Assembly: GCA_903893485.1 (NCBI GenBank)
Contig: CAITMK010000012.1
Span: 18,708 to 82,707, forward strand
Length of the DNA stretch: 64,000 nt
Reading direction: 5' to 3'
Source of the DNA: Candidatus Magasanikiibacteriota bacterium
GTDB taxonomy: Bacteria > Patescibacteriota > Patescibacteriia > Magasanikbacterales > 2-02-FULL-50-9b
Under the pieces are notes generated by a model. It did no database searches, was not told the DNA's origin, and saw nothing but the letters and a program-made list of their open reading frames with translations. A program made the position numbers and the translations under genes. Shown here one piece after another: positions 29,909 to 38,336 of this stretch. Every line of letters begins with the position of its first letter. Position 1 is the first letter of the stretch.

Positions 29909-30940
29909 TTATCCTACGGCTTCCAAGACTTTTTGTAAACTTGCTCGAGTTTTAGCTGCGGAAAATTCTGCCGCTCGGGCAAACGCGCGGGCGGAAAGTT
30001 CTGCATGAAGTTTGTCGTTTGTCGCGAGTGTTTCAATTCCCAGCGCAATTTCACGCGCATCATACGGATTCACCAAAAGCGCAGCCGCGCCCATGGTTTC
30101 TTTTGGCGCTGTGACATCGGCAATTAAACTTGGCGTGCCAACGGCGCCGGCTTCGAGCGGTGGCAAACCAAATCCTTCATAAAAAGATGGATACAAAAGC
30201 GCGCGCGCATTTTTTAACAGCCACCATTTTTCTTCGGGCGTGCAATAGGTAATTGATTGCGCATTTTTTGGCGCGCCATATCCACTGCGACCAACAAATA
30301 ATAATTCTTCACCGCAGTATGACGCAGACTTTTTAAAAATTTCAAACGCGCGCAAAATTCCTGCTGAATTTTTTCGCCACTCGCGCGTGCCAAGCGCTAA
30401 AAAATATGTAGTGTTTGGTGAAAAAGGCAACTGCGGCATTTTTTGTTCAATCGGCGCGGGTGTAAATGGCGGCGTAATAAAAATTTTGTGAGCCGGAATT
30501 TGCAATTCTTCTTGCAAGCGTTGCGCGGTAAAATCAGAAACCGCGCACAAAATATCTGCGCGTAATAAATTTTGTTTTGCACGTGCTGCCACATGCCACG
30601 CACGCACGCGCGGGGAATACCACCACGGCGAATCCAAAAAAGAAATGTCGTGCACAAGCTGAACAACTTTTGTATTCGACCTTGTATTTACAAAATGAAT
30701 GTTTGGCAAAAAAACGGTGTGAGCCTCATTTTTCGGCGCGCTTACTAGCGATTCGATGGTTGTGGCACGCGTGGTAAGCGCAAGATTCGTGAGCGAATTT
30801 GAGCGGCCAGCGCGCGGTTCCAAAAAAATAGTTTCAGGGCGGAGCTCTTTTATAATTTCCAAAAACTGACGTGCAACTTCCGTGACGCCGGTTGGTTGCG
30901 GCTCAAATAAACTGCGTGCGTCAGCGATCAGCATGTTCAT
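29909..30940 (-). CDS. Glycosyltransferase family 4
   Basis: VHDISF, WRKN, YPSFYEGFGLPPLEA; start uncertain (30934 or 30940). Confidence 0.92.
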   Translation of the reverse strand: MNMLIADARSLFEPQPTGVTEVARQFLEIIKELRPETIFLEPRAGRSNSLTNLALTTRATTIESLVSAPKNEAHTVFLPNIHFVNTRSNTKVVQLVHDISFLDSPWWYSPRVRAWHVAARAKQNLLRADILCAVSDFTAQRLQEELQIPAHKIFITPPFTPAPIEQKMPQLPFSPNTTYFLALGTREWRKNSAGILRAFEIFKKSASYCGEELLFVGRSGYGAPKNAQSITYCTPEEKWWLLKNARALLYPSFYEGFGLPPLEAGAVGTPSLIADVTAPKETMGAAALLVNPYDAREIALGIETLATNDKLHAELSARAFARAAEFSAAKTRASLQKVLEAVG

Positions 30941-32012
30941 GTGCGGCAATTATTTCTGCAATTTTTTTAGCAAAAACTTCGTGACTAAATTGTGCTGCGT
31001 GGTTTTGAATTACGCTACTATTAAAATTGAATGTATCAAAGCGAAGCAGTGCATCGAGCACGCCTTCAACGCCTGGATAGCGCATAAAAATACCAGTTAC
31101 GCCATCGACAATCGTTTCAGTGGATCCGCCTTCTGGCAGCGCAATTACTGGGCGTCCCGCGGCCATGGCTTCAACTGCGGTCATACCAAAATCTTCAACT
31201 TGCGGTTGCATATATGCGCGGCAATTTGCATATAATTTTTTTTGTTCGTCTGCGGAAACGCGCCCTAAAAATTCAATAGTTGGCCCGGCAATTTTGCGTA
31301 AATTTTTTTCTGCAATTCCTTCACCAAAAATTTTGAGTGGTAATTGCAAACGGTTGCAAGCTTTAATAATCCAATCAAATTTTTTGTAAGCAACTAAGCG
31401 GCCACCCGCTAAAAAATAGTTTTCTGGTGTGCCCGCGCTAAATGCAGCAACATTAACGGGCGGATAAATAATCACACTGTCGCGGCGATAATATTTTTTA
31501 ATGCGCGCTTCAACTGTTTTTGAATTTGCGATAAAAAAATCCACGCGGTCTGCGGCCAACCGATCCCACAAACGCATGCGACCTAAAAATTTTTGCACCA
31601 ATAATTCCACGGCGCGGCCAAGTTTTAAATGGCCAACATATGAATGCGTGTCACTCCACAAATAACGCGTTGGCGTGTGGCAATAACAAATGTGCACCGT
31701 GTTTGGGCTCGTGATAATTCCTTTTGCAAATGCCGAAACCGAAGAAATTACTACATCAAATTCCGACAAATCATACTGCTCGGTTGCAAACGGCATGAGC
31801 GGCAAAAACCATTGGTAGTGTGATTTGATAAAAGGGAATCCAGCCAAAACGGATCCACGAATATCAGCGCCCGCAAACATATCACCAAATTTTTTTGGAT
31901 CGTAAAAAAGCGTATAGATTGGTGCGTCAGGATATAAATCATGTAGCACCTTGAGCACCTGTTCGGCGCCGCCATTTTGAGAGAGGTAGTCGTGGACGAG
32001 GGCGATTTTCAT
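30921..32012 (-). CDS. Glycosyltransferase family 4
   Basis: MKIALVHDYL..GGAE, YCHTPTRY, EDFGMTAVEAMAAG. Confidence 0.94.
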   Translation of the reverse strand: MKIALVHDYLSQNGGAEQVLKVLHDLYPDAPIYTLFYDPKKFGDMFAGADIRGSVLAGFPFIKSHYQWFLPLMPFATEQYDLSEFDVVISSVSAFAKGIITSPNTVHICYCHTPTRYLWSDTHSYVGHLKLGRAVELLVQKFLGRMRLWDRLAADRVDFFIANSKTVEARIKKYYRRDSVIIYPPVNVAAFSAGTPENYFLAGGRLVAYKKFDWIIKACNRLQLPLKIFGEGIAEKNLRKIAGPTIEFLGRVSADEQKKLYANCRAYMQPQVEDFGMTAVEAMAAGRPVIALPEGGSTETIVDGVTGIFMRYPGVEGVLDALLRFDTFNFNSSVIQNHAAQFSHEVFAKKIAEIIAAHEHADR

Positions 32013-33436
32013 ACAACAGTTCGGCGACGAATAACCGCAAACGGCGTTTTAACTAAAATAAAAATATCCATCACCAGCGACCAATTTTCCAAGTAAAACA
32101 TGTCCAAGCGAATTTCATCTTCAAAAGTTAAATCGCTGCGACCGGAAATTTGTGCCAGACCTGTCATGCCTGGTTTTACGGCATGCACGCGGCGATCTTC
32201 GGGTGAATATTTTGCAACCTCGCGTGGCTGATGTGGGCGAGGCCCAACTAAACTCATGGTGCCGGTAAGTACGTTAAATAATTGTGGCAACTCATCGATG
32301 GACCAACGGCGGATCACCGCGCCAACTGGCGTCACGCGCGGGTCTGCCATGATTTTGTAAATCGGCCCTTCTTTGCTGTTTTGTTCCACGATTAATTTTT
32401 CTTCAACTTCAAGTGCAGCAGGGTTCGTTGCAGCGCCCCATTCGGTGCAATATTTTTGATACATCGAACGAAACTTTAATGTGCGAAATAGTTTTCCACG
32501 AAAACCAACGCGCGTGTTCTTGAAAAAAATTGGGCGGCCAGTTTCGCTGGCAACTGCAATAGCGCCGCCGATCAAAAACGGCGACGTGAGAATAATTAAA
32601 ATCAAACTTCCTAAAATATCAAACAAACGTTTTGAAACTTTCCCCCAACCATCCAGGCGCGCGCGGCGAAATTCAATGAGTGGAATTTCTTGGATGGCGG
32701 ATACACGCATGTTTGGCGCAAGTGTCGAAAATAAATCCGCCGAATATTTTAATGTAAAATGATTTTCTTCTGCGAACGCTAAAATCGTGAGTGTTTCTTC
32801 GCGACTTGCTTTTGGATTTGATAATAAAATTTCATCAACTTCATTGGCGCCATCGAGCGCTAAAATTTCTTCGCGCACCTTTTCGTTGAAAATAGGGTAG
32901 CGAGCAACAATGGTATAGCCCAAAGATTTTTGATGGTTCATGATTTCTGCCAAGCGATCCGTGATTGGGCCGGATCCCAAAATAACAATGCGGCGTGCGC
33001 CAACACCACGCGTGTAGCAATATAATTTAATTAAGCGCATGAACAAATGCACGGCAGTAACGTAAACCATGCCGACGATCCACGCAGCTAAAACAATAAA
33101 GCGCGAGTTAAAAAATTCACCGCGGAAAAAAATATAAACCGTAATTGCGGCAAGTCCAACGGTACATGCAAAAAAAATGCGAGAAATTTCGTTGGCAAAT
33201 TTGCGATTGGAATCCATGGTGTACAGGCCGTTGGTCGCAAGCACCAAAATCCACACCGGCACAACGGTAATGAGCACGCGCACAAAATCGTGGCTCGTCA
33301 TGGTGAACAAAACCGGGCGAATGCCCGTTGCCAAATGTGTAAAACGCAGCGCGTACGCCGTGATACCCGCCGCAAATAAAACCACAGCATCGAGAGGAAC
33401 TTGAATGGCGTTCAGCATGAGCTCAAATTTCTTCAT
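32009..33436 (-). CDS. Polyprenyl-phosphate sugar phosphotransferase (WcaJ/WbaP-like)
   Basis: N-terminal TM helices; KRLFD, KFRSM, DPRVT, IDELPQL, SLVGPRP, KPGMTGLAQ. Confidence 0.94.
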   Translation of the reverse strand: MKKFELMLNAIQVPLDAVVLFAAGITAYALRFTHLATGIRPVLFTMTSHDFVRVLITVVPVWILVLATNGLYTMDSNRKFANEISRIFFACTVGLAAITVYIFFRGEFFNSRFIVLAAWIVGMVYVTAVHLFMRLIKLYCYTRGVGARRIVILGSGPITDRLAEIMNHQKSLGYTIVARYPIFNEKVREEILALDGANEVDEILLSNPKASREETLTILAFAEENHFTLKYSADLFSTLAPNMRVSAIQEIPLIEFRRARLDGWGKVSKRLFDILGSLILIILTSPFLIGGAIAVASETGRPIFFKNTRVGFRGKLFRTLKFRSMYQKYCTEWGAATNPAALEVEEKLIVEQNSKEGPIYKIMADPRVTPVGAVIRRWSIDELPQLFNVLTGTMSLVGPRPHQPREVAKYSPEDRRVHAVKPGMTGLAQISGRSDLTFEDEIRLDMFYLENWSLVMDIFILVKTPFAVIRRRTVV

Positions 33437-33472
33437 AGGTTGAAGGAATTGTAGCTAAAATGCGGGGTTTCG

Positions 33473-33754
33473 TCAATTTTTTTGCGCCAATCTTACGATT
33501 TCTGGGATATCCTGTTCGGTAACGCCGCCAAGCCACAAATTTTCCGGCATGATGACCACGGTTGGACCAGTTGAACAGTGGTCAAGGCAGCCAGTTTTGG
33601 ACACGCGCACAGTTGGCGCAACGGCTTTTACCGCGGCTTTAATTTGCGCGTGCAGGTCCACGCCACCACGGGCGCCGCAACATTCGCGGCCGCCATCTTT
33701 AATATTCGTGCAGACTAAAATTAATTTGGTGAAATTTGCGGGAACGGTTTGCAT
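33473..33754 (-). CDS. Thioredoxin-like [2Fe-2S] ferredoxin
   Basis: LVCTN...ECC...KTGCLDHCSTGP..VIMPENLW. Confidence 0.85.
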   Translation of the reverse strand: MQTVPANFTKLILVCTNIKDGGRECCGARGGVDLHAQIKAAVKAVAPTVRVSKTGCLDHCSTGPTVVIMPENLWLGGVTEQDIPEIVRLAQKN

Positions 33755-33854
33755 ATCAAAATCAGGATTGATGAATTGTATTACAGTGTATTACAAAATG
33801 TTAGGACTGTATACCACATTGACAAAACCCATTTTTTCTGGTGTAATGCGCGGG

Positions 33855-34252
33855 CTACGAAACCAGGACGAGTGCCCTACGGGGAGGAAAGTCCGGACAC
33901 CCTTTGCGGGGCAACCCGCATCGTCGTGGTGCTGGCTAACGGCCAGGCATTCTGCGGGGTATAAACGACGCGTCGCAAGACGCCCGCGAAAACCTTCTGA
34001 CGGAAAGTGCCACAGAGACAATTAAAGTTTTGACCTCGGTCAATTCCAAAGGTGAAAAGTGAGGTGGTGTACGGGCGCAAGCTCATGCTACACCTCTTTG
34101 CCCGGGCGCGAGTCCGTGGCAGTGGCAAACCCCACCTGGTGCAAGTGCGTATGCACGCATCGAGCGACGTAGTAATACGGCGCCAAGACAGATACTCGTC
34201 ACCGCGCGCCTCAAAACGCACGGGACAAAATCCGGCTTATATGGTTTTGTAG
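33855..34252 (+). ncRNA. rnpB: RNase P RNA
   Basis: GAGGAAAGTCCGG, GGAAAGTGCCACAGA, GGCAAACCCC, ACAAAATCCGGCTTA; P1 CTACGAAACCA/TGGTTTTGTAG; TTGACA-17-TGTAAT promoter and a terminator at 34256-34278. Confidence 0.97.
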
Positions 34253-34379
34253 TGAAATCCGCCTTCGGGCGGATTTTGATTTTCCATAAAATAAAAAAAT
34301 CGCCGAGACGATTCCCGCGTGAGTCAAGCTCTCGCGAAAACCGTCCCGGACGATGGCGTGGTTGCACGCCTTGTGCGCG

Positions 34380-34832
34380 TCAGCGGTCGATGACTTGCTT
34401 CCAGCCCGGGTGCGAATTCGCCGCCGCGTCTTGGATGCTGTTGTCAGAGGCACTGTCGTGTGCCGGACCGTTGGTCTTGTTCACGATGATTTGCGGCGTA
34501 TCCGGCGGCGGGCCCTGGTTGGCCGTCAGCGCATGGTTGTTGCTCACGGGGTTGTTGACGGCGATGTGCACGCCGAGGTCGTCGCGCAGCAGCCGCGCCT
34601 TGTGGATGAACTGCGCTTCCGTCGCGCCGTCCGTGGTGATGCACGCCAGGCTTTCCGCCAGCTTCCCGCCGTGGTCCAGGTTGACCAACGCAATCGGGAT
34701 GTCGGCGACGACGCCAAGCTCCTTGTCCGAAGACGGCGGCGACTGGGCGAGCGGCGCGGCAATGGCCGTCATGGCGAGCAGGGCGCTCGTCGCGATGGTC
34801 ATCTGCAAGAAACGAATGAGCTTGTGGCCCAT
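34380..34832 (-). CDS. Secreted hypothetical protein (SD-led, GC-rich)
   Basis: GGAGGTACCC-ATG; signal peptide; TTGACG-17-TATATT promoter; long 3' hairpin near 34290-34354. Confidence 0.7.
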   Translation of the reverse strand: MGHKLIRFLQMTIATSALLAMTAIAAPLAQSPPSSDKELGVVADIPIALVNLDHGGKLAESLACITTDGATEAQFIHKARLLRDDLGVHIAVNNPVSNNHALTANQGPPPDTPQIIVNKTNGPAHDSASDNSIQDAAANSHPGWKQVIDR

Positions 34833-34970
34833 GGGTACCTCCAGGAAAGTTGTCACTGAGTACTCCTTAAACCGCAAAGGGCCGGGTTAAGGTTGCGGCA
34901 ACGCACCGCATGAAAGACAATATATCAGTCTGCGGGGTAGTCGTCAAGTATGTTATACTGTGGAATATTT

Positions 34971-35477
34971 ATGAAGGAGCTCTTTGACAAAAATAATCCA
35001 AGCACACTTGTGAGCGAAAATTTTTCGTGGGATGAATTCGAAGCCCGGCATGTTGATTCTGTTCGGCCGCCTGTAAAACTTTCAAAACACGAGCTTGCCG
35101 ATCTTGAAGCGCAATCCGAGAGCTTAGAAACTGAAGAAGCAAAATTAGTTGCTCAAATTAAGGATCCACATTTTGTGCAAAACATGGTGGAACGTGAAAT
35201 TGAATCAGCCACCAAAGAAATTGCAGTCGTGGTCGCTGAAATGGAAAAAATAAAAAAGCAGCAATCAATTTTAGGACGTTTATTAAAACGTGATTTGCCA
35301 CCAGAATATGAACGCCTCGAGGAACATTTTTTTCATTTGCAAAGTAAACTTATTTTGCTAGATGGCAAACGATTACACCCCGATGTGGTGCATGTGGGAA
35401 CCATGCGCGCACTTAAATCGGTACGCGAAAAAATCGCACGTATTGCGCTGCTCAAAAAAGAAATCGAACACTTTTAG
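34971..35477 (+). CDS. Hypothetical coiled-coil protein
   Basis: E/K-rich ORF; TATACT 11 nt upstream. Confidence 0.7.
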   Translation: MKELFDKNNPSTLVSENFSWDEFEARHVDSVRPPVKLSKHELADLEAQSESLETEEAKLVAQIKDPHFVQNMVEREIESATKEIAVVVAEMEKIKKQQSILGRLLKRDLPPEYERLEEHFFHLQSKLILLDGKRLHPDVVHVGTMRALKSVREKIARIALLKKEIEHF

Positions 35478-36430
35478 ATAAGTCCCAATGCGCCGCGAAC
35501 CTCGGACATTGTTTTTTGTGCGCGAGCACTTGCAGCGGCGCGGCCCATTTCCAAAACTTCGGTAATGCGCGCGTCGGTAATTTCTTCGCGGCGAGCGCGA
35601 AAATCTGCAAAATAATTTGCAATCAAATCAGCGAGCGTATCTTTCAGATCTACATTTTTTAACGTGCCGGCTGCAAATTCTGCAGACAATTTTTGGTGCG
35701 TACCATTGGCATCAAAAAGTTGTGCGAGTCCTAACAAATTTTGTACGCCAACTTCGTCGGTCACGGCTTTGCGCATTTTATCGTGAATCGAATCTGAGTC
35801 GTCGGTCAAATAAATACATGATTTGTCGCCATGTGATTTTGACATTTTTTTTGTTGGTTCAGCGAGCGACATAACGCGTGGCGTTTGGGTGAGCAGCGCT
35901 TGTGGTTCGGGGAAGAGTACACTAAATTTATTGTTAAACTTTTTTGCAATCACGCGTGCAAGTTCCACATGCTGCACCTGATCTTCGCCAACAGGAATTT
36001 GATGTGGTTTGTATAATAAAATATCCGCGGCCATGAGCACTGGATATGTGTACAAGCCGGCGTTAATATTTTCTGCGTGGCGCGCTGCCTTATCTTTAAA
36101 TTGCGTCATTTTATCGAGCTCGGCCAGGGGAGTCAGCGTTAAGAAAATCCAACAAAGTTCGGAATGTTCTGGCACATGCGACTGCACAAATAAATTTGAT
36201 TTTGTAGGATCAATGCCAAGCGCCAAAAGATCGCGTACCAAATTGCGAACCATTTTTTGTTTTTGTGCCGGGTCAAAATCAACCGTAAGCGAATGCAAAT
36301 CTGGAATAAAATAAAAACGTTCAAGGCCTGGATCGGCTTGCATGTCCACCCAATTTTTAACCGCGCCCAAATAATTACCAATATGCATGCTGCCGGTTGG
36401 CTGGATTCCAGAAATGATGACGTTTTTCAT
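35474..36430 (-). CDS. trpS: Tryptophan--tRNA ligase
   Basis: SGIQPTG, HIGNYLG, YPVLMAADILLY, PVGEDQ, KMSKS; real start at MKNVIIS. Confidence 0.98.
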   Translation of the reverse strand: MKNVIISGIQPTGSMHIGNYLGAVKNWVDMQADPGLERFYFIPDLHSLTVDFDPAQKQKMVRNLVRDLLALGIDPTKSNLFVQSHVPEHSELCWIFLTLTPLAELDKMTQFKDKAARHAENINAGLYTYPVLMAADILLYKPHQIPVGEDQVQHVELARVIAKKFNNKFSVLFPEPQALLTQTPRVMSLAEPTKKMSKSHGDKSCIYLTDDSDSIHDKMRKAVTDEVGVQNLLGLAQLFDANGTHQKLSAEFAAGTLKNVDLKDTLADLIANYFADFRARREEITDARITEVLEMGRAAASARAQKTMSEVRGALGLI

Positions 36431-36583
36431 AGTAGGAGGATTATAGCGGATGCGGCGGATCTTGACAAAACCGCTAAAACATGGTATGCTGCTCGGTCTA
36501 GTTGAAAAGGGCTTTCCTAGCGGAAAGATTAGGCTTGTGGCAGATAAGTATTTGCTGCAAAACCCTCGTGATCGGAGGACAAG

Positions 36584-37291
36584 ATGAATGAGAAAAACTC
36601 GGAAAAGCGGTACGTTGTCGCGGCTTTGTTGCGGCAGGTTTTGGGCCTCGGGCCGAATGACCTGACGGCAAAAATGCTGCTGGCGACGGCCATGACGCAG
36701 ACGCAAGCCGCAGTGTTCGCCGAGGCGGTGCATCCGAATTTCCCGCGTTGGGCTGGCCGCTCGACCCGCGATTTCGCGGACTCGTGTGGTCCGGACGCGC
36801 ATTTCAAGGGCGAGACGGACCTGATGAAGGTCCTGGTCTCGGAGGACCTGAATAAGGCCATGCTGATCGACATCGGCTGGCGGCTGGGCACGGTGATCGT
36901 TCCGATGCCGGGCAAGCGCGAGCGGGAGAGCCTGCACGACCTGTTCAAGCACTTCATGGTCACGGACGAAGAGCTCGATCGGCCGAACATCGCTGCGATG
37001 GCGGCGGCTGGTGCTCAGGTTCCCCGCGATCGTGCGACTCCGCCGGCGCCGACCAAGGCGAGCCAAGTGGCACGCGCCAATCAGGCGGTCGTGCGCAAGG
37101 ACATTCTCGCGGGCAAGCACATGCCGTCGGGCGATGCTGGCTTTGGCGGTGCGTCCAACGAGCCGCGCGGCGATCATCGCGGTCGGCGTGCGCGTCTCGA
37201 AGAAGAGCAGCGCATGCGTCAGCGCGGCAAGCCGGCTGAAGGCACGGGCAAGCACTCGGCGAAGCGCAAGCAGGGCGGCGGTCGCGGTTAG
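36584..37291 (+). CDS. Hypothetical protein with basic low-complexity C-terminus (SD-led, GC-rich)
   Basis: GGAGGACAAG-ATG; TTGACA(36462)-17-TATGCT; strongly G/C-ending codons; long hairpin at 37312-37378. Confidence 0.7.
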   Translation: MNEKNSEKRYVVAALLRQVLGLGPNDLTAKMLLATAMTQTQAAVFAEAVHPNFPRWAGRSTRDFADSCGPDAHFKGETDLMKVLVSEDLNKAMLIDIGWRLGTVIVPMPGKRERESLHDLFKHFMVTDEELDRPNIAAMAAAGAQVPRDRATPPAPTKASQVARANQAVVRKDILAGKHMPSGDAGFGGASNEPRGDHRGRRARLEEEQRMRQRGKPAEGTGKHSAKRKQGGGRG

Positions 37292-37439
37292 CGCAAACGT
37301 GCGCGGCCAATCGGCGTACAACATAGAGACTCGCACAGAAATTTCGTGCTTGAGACTCTGGTTGTACGCTGTTTTTTATTTGACTGAAAAATGTAATTAC
37401 ACTAGGATTGATGAGGTTTCGCAACTTTTGGAGGATGTG

Positions 37440-38249
37440 ATGAAACAAGCTCAGATTAGGGATGATTTGCAACAAGCGTATTTGGAAACAATTGTGCTGG
37501 CACAACTGCTCGATGAAGGGTTTATTGGGCCGGCGAACTTGCTTCTTCGAGTTTTTGGTGCGTGCAAGGTGCCGCACAAAAACGCGTGGAGTGGTACGTT
37601 CGGAAATTCGCAGCTCTTTCAATTTGGTACAAATGGCCGTGCCCTGCGTTTGACCTTTACCACTACAATAACTGAAGCCAGTCTGATTCTGGACTGGACT
37701 TCAGATTATCAGGCGACAGAGCAGGACGTGGACCTGTGGTCACAGCGCGTGGAGCTCGGTTACGTCAGGTCTCGTGGTAAGTGGTTTTTTGAGACGAACC
37801 TCTCTGCCGACGGCTTTGGGGAATGGTTCGGTCGTCATGGTTCGCGCCTTCCAATTCCGGATTGGCATCACGACGATCCCATGCCCTGGCTTGCAATCAA
37901 CGCGGTCACACGTGGTTTCTTGCCCAAGAGGCCGGAAAGATTTGCACGCGCAATGGTCATGATTTTTTTGGAGGGAAATCAGACTGCGGATCGGTATCAA
38001 GCTGATCCGCTTACGGTGAGCGAGGCTACTGTTCTGAAGTCCATCGCGCATGCAGTCATGAATGGTAATCGGTGGATGGTTGTTCGGACGCGCGCCGGCA
38101 GACGTCTGGATTCGCAAGACGCACGGGATGCCCTTGATGTAATTATGGGGATCAAACCGCCTTTGGAGTGCTCCAGAGATTTGCTCGAATTCGTCAAGAT
38201 GATCTGTGGCGCTGCTGGCGACGCAAGCTTCGGCGGCCGCATTGTTTGA
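37440..38249 (+). CDS. Hypothetical protein (SD-led)
   Basis: GGAGGATGTG-ATG; TTGACT(37380)-17-TAGGAT; long hairpin at 38261-38320. Confidence 0.65.
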   Translation: MKQAQIRDDLQQAYLETIVLAQLLDEGFIGPANLLLRVFGACKVPHKNAWSGTFGNSQLFQFGTNGRALRLTFTTTITEASLILDWTSDYQATEQDVDLWSQRVELGYVRSRGKWFFETNLSADGFGEWFGRHGSRLPIPDWHHDDPMPWLAINAVTRGFLPKRPERFARAMVMIFLEGNQTADRYQADPLTVSEATVLKSIAHAVMNGNRWMVVRTRAGRRLDSQDARDALDVIMGIKPPLECSRDLLEFVKMICGAAGDASFGGRIV

Positions 38250-38336
38250 GGAAAACCAAAAACGCACCCCCGTTTGAGTCGGCCAAAATTTCTGGCGATT
38301 CGCGGGCGGTGCGTCTTTTATTTTGCAATTATTTTT

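Noticed and set aside
25106-33436. GT4/sugar transferase/DUF4012 cluster as a novel system
   Set aside because: An ordinary surface-glycan locus of a kind common in Parcubacteria; nothing unusual seen.
34211-34890. Several overlapping ORFs (34252-34890, 34353-34859 and others)
   Set aside because: Shadow ORFs of GC-rich DNA; only 34380-34832(-) has an SD, a promoter and a signal peptide.
36431-37336. 300-aa N-terminal extension on TrpS in the ORF track
   Set aside because: It is the stop-free antisense of the GC-rich gene 36584-37291. TrpS homology starts at 36430, which has its own TATAAT.
37011-37439. 412-aa version of the 37440-38249 ORF
   Set aside because: The extension overlaps the upstream gene and its terminator; the promoter and SD point to 37440.
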